Below are positions 40,151 through 51,875 of a stretch of DNA of 64,000 nt, in pieces. This DNA comes from Lytechinus pictus (Eukaryota), in contig NC_087246.1 in NCBI RefSeq assembly GCF_037042905.1, forward strand, positions 12,214,001-12,278,000, read 5' to 3'. The notes under the pieces were generated by a model. It was not told the DNA's origin and searched no databases. It saw only the letters and a program-made list of their open reading frames with translations. Both the position numbers and the translations under genes were made by a program. Every line of letters starts with the position of its first letter. The first letter of the stretch is position 1.

Positions 40151-40677
40151 TCATGTACAAAATCTTCAGCAAGTCTTTTATTTAAAGATGTTGTGAAATA
40201 GATATTCAAGGTTCCCTAGAGCCTGCATCCCTTAAAAATTTAGTGATGTCGAAAACATGTTTCTGCCCGGATTCGAACCAGGCTCTACATTTTACTGACC
40301 ATTGGTATCCTTATCCATCACTGGGAGTTTGTATCTGACGATTTAGAGCCTATTAAGAGGGCATATAGATGGCACAACAGAAAAAAATCCCAGTATTTTA
40401 CAATGTCCAAAACGTCTTGTCTTATATTCCGTCTACCTATCTTCCTATCTCCCCCAAAGACACCAGAGTTATGTTAATGTAGCAGTCTACTAACATAATC
40501 TATACATATATACATATATATATATATATAGGGCCTATATAAGGGATGATAGCTCTGGGAACCTTGATTAAAATCCTTGTTCTCTATATTCCCATTTATT
40601 TTCCAAACATATTTAAATGAGTGTTTCCAATTATAGTTGTGTCGGATTTGTTATTTGACAGTATTATTCTTTCATAC

Positions 40678-40827
40678 CTTTATTTGTCCCGAATCTGTGC
40701 CATCATCGATGCTTGACCACGAGCATTGTCTCCAGTTCGAGGTGACAGGGGTAGGTGCCCCTGACTCCCCTTCGGGCCCCAGTGGACCAGGAGGTCCAGC
40801 TGGTCCTGGCGTACCCGTGGTGCACTC
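40678..40827 (-). CDS. CTHRC1: CTHRC1-like protein, collagen-repeat exon
   Basis: 150-nt phase 0/0 exon ECTTGTPGPAGPPGPLGPEGESGAPTPVTSNWRQCSWSSIDDGTDSGQIK; upstream signal-peptide exon not identified. Confidence 0.88.
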
Positions 40828-41843
40828 CTATTATACAGGTAAAGAGAAGATCAAATTGTTATAAAAGAGGAATGTTGAAAATCATCTACGTCCCAGAAAA
40901 GTTAATTCATTTTCAGAAAGCAGACATTAATATTTCTTGACTATTTTCTTAGATGTATAGGTATTAATGAGCAGATATTGAAAATACGTACATTAATTTG
41001 ATTTTATTCTTAAAATACAGATACCGTGCACCAACTGACCTTTCGGTATCTCTTCTCCATTGTTTTTTTTTCACTCATATCATGCGTGGATGAGGAATCA
41101 TACCAGATAAAAGAGGAGACTAAGCTTTCAATGATTTATGTCATCAATTGTAGTCCTATTCGTGATTAAGTTATGATATACTCGATTTCTGGGTTTCTTG
41201 TTTTATTTTGACACGCATTGCATAATTTACCCTGCATTCCTCTTTCTTGTCACAATATACTTTACATTCACAGTTGTATGGTAATGGTCGTTTCATTTTA
41301 CTTTTTCTGTATCTCAGTCCAATATATCCCTCCCTCGTCCTGTCTCACGTGAGGCTATTTAGTAGTAAACCAAGATCGGTTCGGAGTTTTGGGCATATCT
41401 CTTGTTACCTTTTTTAAATTATTATTATTATGTTTTTCTTTTTCTTTCGCCTTGTGGTTTCCCTAAAGGTTACTTCACCTTTTCTTTCATAATTTCAACC
41501 GCCTGCCAGATGTGAATACAATTTAGGTCAATCATAAAGTGAGAGTATTGTCCCAAACTTGCCAAAGCAGCAAACCAAACCGAATCAAAATGATATATTT
41601 GTCAACGAAAATAAAAGTATTTAAGATAATACCATACGGTCTATATAGGTTAATGAAATTTCAAGCCGCAAAGATAATTTTACCGCGGAATAGATGTCAT
41701 TTGTAAGGGTTACCTTTATTCTTTGTTAATTAAAAAGTTAATTGAAAATCTGAGGAGAATCCATTTTTTTAATCAAAAGAACCACACAAATTATTCTCTT
41801 ATCTGAATATTTTATGCTTCATGTAATTAAATCATGAAGGGCT

Positions 41844-41876
41844 TATAAAAGATTTTAAATTTTCAAATGCTTCAGT
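41844..41876 (+). promoter_or_regulatory. Core promoter (TATA box and Inr) of the micro-exon gene
   Basis: TATAAAA at 41844-41850; TCAGT Inr with its A at 41874, 30 nt after the TATA start; ATG at 41964. Confidence 0.65.
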
Positions 41877-41963
41877 CACGAGCGACGGTGGAAGTTGCAA
41901 CAGAAGTTTCAACAGAACTCGAATTTTCCCTTTTAGTCTTGGTTTTGTTAATCTGGAAAGAAG

Positions 41964-42069
41964 ATGAAGTGCAGTCTTTCTGTCTTGTTTCTTATCGTCT
42001 TCAATGTGAACCAGATCAGTGGTAATGGCTTGTCACAGCCTACAGGTCGTGGAGCTGACGTTGATACCG
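41964..42069 (+). CDS. Micro-exon gene, exon 1 (signal peptide)
   Basis: MKCSLSVLFLIVFNVNQISGNGLSQPTGRGADVDT plus 1 nt, then GTaagt (phase 1). Confidence 0.75.
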
Positions 42070-42548
42070 GTAAGTTTGGTTTCTTATAACTACCTCGGGA
42101 GTATCTAAAACAAGAAGTGATCCTACCTCACAAACGCAGCCACAATCAATAAGTGGCCTGATATGAATAATTAGGATTTTATGGGTCTTAAAAAGCACAT
42201 CCTAAGTTTTAAAATGATATATAGCTTATCAAAATTCATCAACAGTAACCCACACAAGTTATGGATTGAATGCAGAAGAAATTCAGTGGGAGTTTTAAAG
42301 AACATGGAGAAGGTTTAAGTTCCGAGTTTTCTCAAAAATGAAATGGGCACTTTGTGAAATATTAATACAACTCCAAGCAGTCCGCAAGATAGGATGTCAT
42401 CAATTGAACTCTTGTATCGTTTCTTTTTTATTCAACTTTACAATTTTTAGATATCAGCAGAATATAGAATAAATAACGCTTTCAGATGAGCTAATTTTCT
42501 TCTTCTTCTTCTTCTTTTGAAAGACCAGATAACTATTTTGGCTATTTA

Positions 42549-44562
42549 AAGCCAGGGTTACACCAAAACCAAATTCTCTCGAATGAATTCGGACTTATTC
42601 TGCCAGAATATGGCCTGATTCGGATAGATTCGGAACCTATTCGTCTCTGATTCGGGAGCCCCCCACTGATCTGTACACTATCAGATACTATTCAGATCAG
42701 TGGATCTCCCCGAATCGGGAGTATTTTGTTCTCCCTCCCCGAATGCGAGAAAATTCGGGAGGGATTCGGCTCGTTTTGAAATGTTCAAAACCATCCGAAT
42801 ACCCTATAAAATACTCCCGAATGTGGCCACCAGTGGCGTAACTACGGGGAAAGGGAGAAAAAGAGGGAGAAAGGAAGAGAAAAGTATTGGGGAAAGAAGG
42901 AATTATTGTTCATTATCTTGTTATATTATATTATAATGATGTATGTTATATTACATAAACATTTTTTCATAACTTTATGAAACACAATTTGCTCAGGGCC
43001 TATGTCTTCATTGTTCCTGTCGCTCACTTTGTCTGTTCAACGTGATATATAATCCTGTTGTCCTAAAACCTCCCGTTTTCAAGTCAATATACACCAAATA
43101 TATTTCCTCGCACTTCGAGATATTATTGTTTTATGTAGTGACATATGCTTCTTTTCCATGACTACTTAAAATGATTGCCCCATTTTAAGGTTTTAATATC
43201 AAACATTTTCTGTCCGTGCTTACGTTCGCATTAGTGAACTGGTGAAATAATCTGTTCTTCATGAATTCCTAAAATCAGTCCTTGCAATGTCCCTTTTTCC
43301 GATCTGAATATCAAAAAAATTTAACTTGCGCTTCGCGCTCGAATCACTTGATTAGTGAAATACGTATGGTATTAGTAAATTCCTACAAACCAGCCTTATA
43401 ATGCCCCTCTTCAGGTCTGAATTTCCACAATTTGATTAATGAGATGTGTATGTTAATCATGATTACAATGATTGTGTTTAGATGTAATTTTAACAAAATC
43501 AGCAAGCGCTTGGCACTCGCATTACGCGATTGTATTGTGTGTTTAGCAAGACAGGTACGTATCATGATTACAAAAAATTGCTTATAACGTCCCTTTTTTG
43601 GTCTGAATATAAAAAATTTCAGCTCGCACTTCGCACTCGCATTATTTGATCAGTGAGATACATATCTGTTTAATGGCACTGTCCTTAAAATGGAGAATTG
43701 GAGAATTCGTTTTTGGTGTAACCCTATATAGCTTAAAACATCAGTTACATAATAGGAACCGAATCAGATGCAAATCTATTCAAATATAATACCTAATCGG
43801 GTGAATTCGGGAATATTCCGTAACATTCGTGGAGGGATTCGGCTCGTTTTGAAATGTTTTAAACTAGCCGAATACCCTCCAAAACAAGCTTCCAAATGCA
43901 GCCACGACAAACTTTGTTCGGGCAACATTCGGGATGTATTTAGATGGAATTCGGGGTATTCTGGGCAGATCCGGACCTATTCGTATTTTTCGGGGAGTAA
44001 CAGTCTGAATCAAAAAGCCAAATAGACCCGAATATCACGAATATTGTCGAAAATGCCCAGAATGCCCCAAATACCTCCCTGAAACCATACGAATCATTAC
44101 CTGAATGCTGAATACATGGCAGAACACAGGCGAATGAGCCAAACAGACAAGAATATGGCTGAACGGCAGTCGAAAAAGTCGATTTAGTTCCAGTTCGGAC
44201 CATTCTGGTGGCTTTTTTGAGAAATTTGTTGGCAGACTCGCTGCATTAGGCATTTTCGTTCCGATTCGGGTCGTCATTTGGCTGTAATCGGAGCGTTCGG
44301 GCAACATTCGGCTCGGATCTGGTGACATTTGGCTAGATTCTTGCCAGAATTCGGGTTGGCATTCGGCTTTTTTCGGGATGGCCAAACTTGATACGGGTCA
44401 ATTCTTGGCGATTCTGCTACGATTCGGGAACTATTCCGGATCTATTCGTCTCTGATTCGGGGAGCTCCCCGAATCAAAGAATAGGCTTCGAATTCATCCG
44501 AATAAGGACATATTCGCACCGAATTTATTCGGGAGAATTCGGTTTTGGTGTAACCCTGGCTT
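42549..44562. mobile_element. TIR element with a nested hAT-like insert (from about 42831) in intron 1 of the micro-exon gene
   Basis: AAGCCAGGGTTACACCAAAACC / GGTTTTGGTGTAACCCTGGCTT with TA flanks; CAGTGGCGTAACTACGGGG at 42831 followed by GCTCGCA repeats like those in 19328-21757; related fragments at 45690-46640. Confidence 0.65.
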
Positions 44563-45030
44563 TATTATTAAGAAAAAAAATAGGAGCACGGTAAAACAAA
44601 GCTTTTACCGTTTTTACATATTTCATTCCTGAAACAAAATAACGAACGTTTTTCTGTTTTAAATTTCAAAAATAGTATGAATTTTCACTCAATATTCCGT
44701 TTTTGCTATTTCCTTTTCGAATTCAGAAAAACAAATTATCTAACAGTACCTTGATTGAGGAGAAGGAGGAAGAGCTACAAATAAAGGTTTTTTTTTGTTA
44801 TTGCTTTTTTGTGTCACAATAGGTCTAATTTGTCATAAGATAGATATGCACAGTATAATATGCAAAGAAATAAACTGAGGTATTACGTATTGAATACATA
44901 AGTTAATGATCTTATGTTGAGAAACCTATAATATTTACGATAAATTGAATAACATGGAAGGGGTATATAGTAAAGCGTTTACATGTATATATTTAGGGCC
45001 TACTATATTCTTTGATTTCTCCTCCTGTAG

Positions 45031-45066
45031 ATATTGACGTAGAGGAAGCTCTTTTACTAGGAAATC
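45031..45066 (+). CDS. Micro-exon gene, exon 2 (36 nt, DIDVEEALLLGN)
   Basis: ttctcctcctgtAG / GTaagt; phase 1-1. Confidence 0.75.
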
Positions 45067-45642
45067 GTAAGTTGAATTTCATTTTAATCTTTTAATTTGA
45101 TATTTTTATTGAATCAACAAAAATAATAGATGATGAAGAAGAAAAGATGTGAAAGAATACAAATAAAATAAATGAAATGAAAAATAAGATAAAGAAGAAG
45201 AAAACAAGAGATGAATAATTAGAAGAAGAGGATGATGAAGAAGAAAAGGAGAAGGGAGAAAAGATAAAGGAGGAGGAAAGAAAAGCAAAATAATCGAACT
45301 TATGAAAAATATTGGGTGATGCTCTTTATATTATTGTTATTATACTTGTTTATTTCTATAGGGCCTATTTATCTTTGTTATTATATAAAATACATTTGAT
45401 AAAATTGAAGGATATAACATATTTTGTGTTTACAGCTATGTCATAATTCTTGTTCTTTCGATGTTGATCTGGGGCCCATTTCATAATTATAGAGTTACAA
45501 CTGTTGTATCTTTACTACCATGGCAACAGGGCTCAGCAGCCAATCAAAATCAAGGTTTCCATAATAGTTGCCATAATGGCCAGATTACAACAGTTGCAAG
45601 TCCTTTATGAAACGGAGCCCCGGTGTTTTCCTATTTCTATAG

Positions 45643-45675
45643 CTATTGACGTGGAGGAAGCAAAGTTTGGGAGTG
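45643..45675 (+). CDS. Micro-exon gene, exon 3 (33 nt, PIDVEEAKFGS)
   Basis: cctatttctatAG / GTaagt; phase 1-1. Confidence 0.7.
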
Positions 45676-46132
45676 GTAAGTTGAATCAAATCGGGAGGAT
45701 TCGGGATAATTTTGATCTCCCTCCCCGAATAAGAGAAAATTCGCAAGGGATTCAGGAACATTTGTGGAGGGATTTGGCTCGTTTTGAAATATTCAAAACC
45801 CGCCGAATACCCTCCAAAATACTCCTGAATATGCCCACGACAAATTTCTTCCTCGGACACATTCGAGATGTACCTGGATGGAATTCGGTTCGATTCTGGG
45901 AGGCATTGGGCAATTTTTGGGAAGTCAATTCTTGGCAATTGCCAATTGTGCTCCGTTTCGTACCGATTCGCCTCTGATTCGGTCCGAAATTATTCGGGAG
46001 AATTCGTTTTTTGGTGTAACCCTAAAATACCTCCACGAATCCATACGAATCAGCACCTGAATAGAGGGTAGAACACAGGCAAATGAGCCGAACAGACCTA
46101 TTCAAACATGAAGATTCAGACCTATTTGTATA

Positions 46133-46410
46133 TAATAACAATAATAATAGCTGGATTTATAAAGCGCTTTTTCCAGAGGATACAAAGCGCTGCTTTTATT
46201 ACCCCGGCTTTAGCTCGAGCTACCATCACCGGCGCTCAGTGCATGCAAGGAATTAATCCTGCCGGGTACCCATTCACCTCACCTGGGTCGAGTGCAGCAC
46301 AGTGTGGATAATTTTTTTGCGGAAGGAAAAGATGCCATGGCTAGGATTCGAACCCACGACCATCTGTTTGAAAGGCGAGAGTCAGAACCACTAGACCACG
46401 ACGCGCCCAC
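46133..46410 (-). mobile_element. tRNA-derived SINE with L2-like 3' tail
   Basis: A box TGGTCTAGTGG, B box GGTTCGAATCC, central CACTCGACCCAGGTGAGGTGAATGGGTACC, tail AAAAGCGCTTTATAAAT followed by (ATT)n. Confidence 0.75.
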
Positions 46411-47289
46411 CGTATAACGGTCTGAGCTCTACGCGTTAATTTTTGGCCATATTCGTTCCGATTCGGGTCAATACTCGGATCATCATTCAGCTGTAATCGG
46501 AGTAATTGGATAACATTCGGCTCGATTCGGGACACATTTGGTTCGATTCTTGCCATAATGGTATTCGACTTTATTCGGGATGGCCAAAATTGATTCGGGT
46601 CAATTCTTGGCGGTTCTGCGCTGAATCGAATAGGTTCCGAAACGCTTTGATGTCTTGAAAACTAAGAAGTGTTCTTTCATTGGGTTGATAAATATTTGCC
46701 ATTGTTATTCCATGAGAAAGATTCCTGTTCAGAATCTTAAAGTCCATATTGTTACAATCAGGCCCGAATAACAATCGAAACGACAGCTTATTGGCTATTT
46801 AGATAATTACTTTTCTGATTTCTAAACAGAAAAAGGAAATAAGAAGGCGCGTTCAATTTTCTGTTTCGTCAAAGCGAACCCCCCCCCCAAAAAAAAAAAA
46901 AAAACAGAAATACGAAGCGAGAATCTTAATTCAATTTTCTGTTATGTCAAAGCAAAACAAAAATAAAAGTTAAAATATGGAAGAAACAGTAAAACGGAAA
47001 AACGAAGCATTTTACCGTTTTTACATATTTTATTCTTCGTTTTTGCGTTTTCCTTTTCTAAATCAGAAAAACAAATTATCCAACAGTACCTTAATTGAGG
47101 AAGAGGAGGAAGAGCTAAAAAATACGAAGTTTTAATTTGTGTTTTTGTTATTGCTTTTTTCTGTCACAATAACTCTGATCATATTTAGTTGTAAATAATG
47201 TGATTTCACCTAGATTATGACTTTATGATGCCATAACACAAATATATAAGTGTTTACATGTATCAATGTTTATCTTATTTCTCCTGTAG

Positions 47290-47325
47290 ATATTGACGTA
47301 GAGGAAGCTCTTTTACTGGGAAATC
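47290..47325 (+). CDS. Micro-exon gene, exon 4 (36 nt, DIDVEEALLLGN)
   Basis: tttctcctgtAG / GTaagt. Confidence 0.75.
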
Positions 47326-47723
47326 GTAAGTTGAATTTAATTGCAATCTTTTAGTTGGAGATTTTTATTGAATGAACAAAAATGATAGAAGATGAAGAAG
47401 AAAAAGATGTGGAAGAGTGAAAATAAAATGAATGAAATGAAAAATAAGATAAAGAAGAAGAAGATGATGAAGAAGAAAAAAAGAAGGGGGAAAAGTAAAG
47501 AAGGAAGAGAGAGAAACAAATTAATTGAACTTATGAAAATTGAGTGATGCAGCCCTTTCTATTTGTGTTATTATATTTATTTTTTCTTATTTATATATTT
47601 ATCTTCGTAATGTATAAAATACGTTTAATGAAATTGAAAGATATATCATATCTTGTGTTTACAGCTATGACATAATTCTTGTAATTTCAATGTTGATCTG
47701 ATGTTCTTTTTATACCCATCTAG

Positions 47724-47759
47724 CTGTTGACGTAGATGAATCTCTTCTACTAGGAAATC
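47724..47759 (+). CDS. Micro-exon gene, exon 5 (36 nt, PVDVDESLLLGN)
   Basis: cccatctAG / GTaagt. Confidence 0.72.
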
Positions 47760-48100
47760 GTAAGTTGAATTTTATCGCAATCTTTTAATTGGATATTAAA
47801 AAAAATAAAATGAATGAAATGCAAAATAAGATAAAGAAGAAGAAGATGATGAAGAAGAACAAGAGAAGGGAGAAAAAGTAAAGGAGGAGGAAAGAGAAGC
47901 AAATTAATTGAACTTATGAAAATTGAGTGATATTATTCGTAATTGTATTATTATATCTATTTATTCTTTTTTATGTATATAAATCTTTGTTAGTATATAT
48001 GAAACATTTAATAACATTGAAGGATATATCAAATCTTGTGTTTAAAGCTATGACATAATTTTTGTAATTTTGATGTTCTTTTATTTTTATACCCATCTAG

Positions 48101-48136
48101 CTGTTGACGTAGAGGAATCTCTTCTACTTGGAAATC
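48101..48136 (+). CDS. Micro-exon gene, exon 6 (36 nt, PVDVEESLLLGN)
   Basis: cccatctAG / GTaagt. Confidence 0.72.
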
Positions 48137-48471
48137 GTAAGTTGAATTTCATTTTAATCTTTTAATTTGATATTCTGATTTAATGAACACAAATAATAGA
48201 AGATGAAGAAGAAAAAGAAGTGAAAAAAATAAAATGAATGAAATGAAATGAAAAAAAATACGATAAAGAAGAAAACAAGAAATGAAAATTTAGAAGAAAA
48301 AGAAAAGGGAGAAAAAATAAAGGAGGATAGAAAAGCAAATTAATTGAACTTATGAAATTGAGTGATGCTCTTTCTTTTTGTGTTATTATATTTATTTGAT
48401 CTTATTTATATATTTCTCTTCGTAATGTATAAAATACGATCTAGAATTCTTTTATTTCTATACACATTTAG

Positions 48472-48507
48472 CTGTTGACGTAATAGAATCTCTTCTACTA
48501 GGAAATC
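48472..48507 (+). CDS. Micro-exon gene, exon 7 (36 nt, PVDVIESLLLGN)
   Basis: cacatttAG / GTaagt. Confidence 0.7.
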
Positions 48508-48925
48508 GTAAGTTGAATTTCAATTTAATCTTTTAATTTGATATTTTGATTGAATGAACAAAATTGATAGAAGATGAAGACGAAAAGGAAGTGGAAGAAT
48601 AAGAATGAAATGAAAAATAAGATAAAGAAGAAGAAAACAAGAGATTAATAATTAAAAGAAAAAATTATGAAAAGGTAAAAGAGAAGGGAGAAAAAGTAAA
48701 GGAGGAAGAAAGAAAAGCAAATTAATTGAACTTGTGAAAATTGAGTGATGCTCTTTCTAGTTGTGTTATCGTTTCATTCATTTTTATTTATATATTTATC
48801 TTCGTAATATATTAAATACGTTTAATGAAATTGAAAGATATATCATATCTTGTGTTTACAGCTATGACATAATTCTTGTAATTTTGATGTTGATCTGATG
48901 TTCTTTTATTTTTATACCCATCTAG

Positions 48926-48961
48926 CTGTTGACGTAGAGGAATCTCTTCTACTTGGAAATC
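48926..48961 (+). CDS. Micro-exon gene, exon 8 (36 nt, PVDVEESLLLGN)
   Basis: cccatctAG / GTaagt. Confidence 0.72.
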
Positions 48962-49294
48962 GTAAGTTGAATTTCAATTTAATCTTTTAATTTGATATTC
49001 TGATTGAATGAACAACAATAATAGAAGATGAAGAAGAAAAAGAAGTTAAAAAAATATGAATGAACTGAAATGAAAAAAAAATACGATAAAGAAGAAAACA
49101 AGAAATGAAAATTTAGAAGAAAAAGAGAAGGGAGAAAAAATAAAGGAGGATAGAAAAGCAAATTAATTGAACTTATGAAATTGAGTGATGCTCTTTCTTT
49201 TTGTGTTATTATATTTATTTATTCTTATTTATATACTTATCTTCGTAATGTATAAAATACGATCTAGAATTCTTTTATTTCTATACACATTTAG

Positions 49295-49330
49295 CTGTTG
49301 ACGTAGAGGAATCTCTTCTACTAGGAAATC
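49295..49330 (+). CDS. Micro-exon gene, exon 9 (36 nt, PVDVEESLLLGN)
   Basis: cacatttAG / GTaagt. Confidence 0.72.
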
Positions 49331-49677
49331 GTAAGTTGAATTTCAATTTAATCTTTTAATTTGATATTTTGATTGAATGAACAAAAATAATAGAAGATGA
49401 AGACGAAAAGGAAGTGGAAGAATAAGAATGAAATGAAAAATAAGATAAAGAAGAAGAAAAGAGATTAATAATTAAAAGAAAAAATTATGAAAAGGTAAAA
49501 GAGAAGGGAGAAAAAGTAAAGGAGGAAGAAAGAAAAGCAAATTAATTGAACTTGTGAAAATTGAGTGATGCTCTTTCTAGTTGTGTTATTGTTTTTATTC
49601 ATTCTTATTTATAAATTTATCTTCGTAATACATAAAATACGTTTATCTGATGTTCTTTTATTTTCATACCCATCTAG

Positions 49678-49713
49678 CTGTTGACGTAGAGGAATCTCTT
49701 CTACTTGGAAATC
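49678..49713 (+). CDS. Micro-exon gene, exon 10 (36 nt, PVDVEESLLLGN)
   Basis: cccatctAG / GTaatt (weaker donor). Confidence 0.62.
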
Positions 49714-50061
49714 GTAATTGGAATGTCATTTTAATCTTTTAATTTGATATACTGATTGAATGAACCAAAATAATAGAAGATGAAGACGAAAAGGAAGTGG
49801 AAGAATAAAAATGAAATGAAAAATCAGATAAGAAGGAAACAAGAGATGAATGATTACATGTAGAAGAAAAAGATGATACAAAAACTAAAAAAGGGAGAAA
49901 AAGTAAAGGAGGAGGAGAGAAAAGCAAATTAATTGAACTTATGAAAATTGAGTGATGCTCTTTCTATTTGTGTTATCATATTTATTTATTATTATTTATA
50001 TATTTATCTTCGTTATGTATAAAATACGATCTGGTTTTCTTTTATTTCTATACACATTTAG

Positions 50062-50097
50062 CTGTTGACGTAGAGGAATCTCTTCTACTTGGAAATC
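50062..50097 (+). CDS. Micro-exon gene, exon 11 (36 nt, PVDVEESLLLGN)
   Basis: cacatttAG / GTaagc. Confidence 0.7.
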
Positions 50098-50691
50098 GTA
50101 AGCTAAATTTCAGTTTAATCTTTTAATTTGATATTTTGATTGAATGAACAAAAATATTAGAAGATGAAGACGAAAAGGAAGTGGAAGAATAAGAATGAAA
50201 TGAAAAATAAGATAAAGAAGAAGAAAACAAGAGATTAATAATTAAAAGAAAAGGATGATAAAGAAAAAAAAGAGAAGGGAGAAAAAATAAAGGAGGAAGG
50301 AGAACCAAATTAATGGAACATATTAACATAGAACATCTATTATTGTGTTATCAAAATTATAAAAAAATAAGAGGGGAAGGGGGGAGCGCTAGAAGAAGTT
50401 CTAAATGTAATGTAATTAGTTTAGCAATGAATTTAATAACAATGAAGAAGTAAGCTAGTGTGTTTTCAGTTATGTCATTATACATGAACTATCATTTTTA
50501 TTTGGTATTCTTTGTTTTCTACTCTTATATGTAAACTTGTAGTTTCATACCTAGGAAGTTTAAATATCATTATAATCTTTTAACTGAGAAATATGTTACT
50601 GTATACTGCCCTCTCACGTCGGGTACACAAGTACTGACGGGGAAAGTAAATGCATCACCACCTCTTTTTTATATGTTGTTTTTATATCTAG

Positions 50692-50891
50692 AATGATCGG
50701 AGGGACCTTCTTGGTCGATTTGACGTCATACTGCTGTGTAAACTCTCATTACCATAGTTACCACAAGATGGAGTCACACCCAAACCAAATTTAGATATTC
50801 TTCTACAATATCAGCAACATGAAGTAACACAATTAGTTTCTGTAACGTGTATCAGTTTTAAATGAGAGCATACGTGAATGGAAATAATAAA
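50692..50891 (+). other. Micro-exon gene, predicted terminal exon (Q, stop at 50694-50696, 3' UTR, poly(A) signal)
   Basis: Acceptor ttgtttttatatctAG; C|AA TGA in phase 1; AATAAA at 50886-50891. Confidence 0.55.
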
Positions 50892-51705
50892 AAAGACTAG
50901 TATTGCTTATTCGTGGCTTATTAATTTCAACTCTTTATTTGAAATATGAGATTCTTACACTGTAAAAACGTATTCAAAAATTGTTAAGCAACACCGTTTA
51001 AAGCCCCCTCACACCTGACCGAATATAGGCGGACGAAGGGTGACGTACGAATGGGGAAAATGCATACGAATTCAACAAATTCAAATAAAATTTCCGTCAA
51101 ATCATGCGATCAGTAACTATTATGACTATTGTCAAATTTTATTCCCCAGATATTATCGGACAGGTTAAAGTGTGTTTTACCATGGTAATTCGAAAAATTT
51201 ATGTATTGCAATTGGATCCAGCAATGTAGCCATGTAGACTCAAAAGTACCCCTGTCCCTTCAGGGTTGATAATGTAGTCTCATTTTGGTCATCATTACTA
51301 TTTTAACAATATAATGAATAGTGATATTTACTCATTTTATTAAGGTTTATGTTTTGCTGAGTATATTCACGTTTCCATCTATACATATACCTCGAAAGAA
51401 AGAATAAATTATTATAGTTGCAATGTGTTTCATAATGGGAAGTATTTTAATGTCAAAAGAGATGCGACAAAGTCAACCATAATTCTTCTATGATTTTGAC
51501 AATTAAATTTGTTGAGCAGGTCCATAACTATACAAAGACTGTTTGTTCCTTGTAATCGGTATTGTTGTATGTTCGTATGTGTTTGTGTGTTGGGTGTTCT
51601 CTCTGAAAGACCTATGGGTGTGCGAGAGTGTGCGTGGGTGTGTGTGTGCATACCAGGAAGTGTCTATGTAGTTGTCGGACCAAAATGTTGATGAAACACT
51701 CCCAG

Positions 51706-51875
51706 GTGTGTGTGTGTGTATTTGAGTGTATCAATCAGATATGATTATTAACGTCTGGGACCGACCTTTAGCGTCACCATCCGAAAGACGTGACCAGGGC
51801 TCGAACCTCGAACCTCTGCATCAATTTGTAATTTCCCCACAGCTTGGATTACAGGCGTACGCCACAACGCCCAAG
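51706..51875 (-). mobile_element. SINE with 7SL/Alu-domain-like head, copy 2
   Basis: Minus strand reads GGGCGTTGTGGCGTACGCCTGTAATCCAAGCT..., then GGTTCGAGCCC and a (CA)n tail. Confidence 0.6.

Noticed and set aside
42024-42050. NGLSQPT-GR as an amidated NG-type neuropeptide
   Set aside because: Single monobasic site, no resemblance to NGFFFamide beyond NG, and no neurophysin domain
45106-50329. Phe/Leu/Ser-rich minus-strand ORFs
   Set aside because: Artefacts of the GA-rich intron repeats
44990-50330. CRISPR-like pattern of conserved 36-nt repeats with spacers
   Set aside because: Eukaryotic context, spacers are 330-420 bp and homologous to each other, no cas genes, and the repeats are bounded by splice sites
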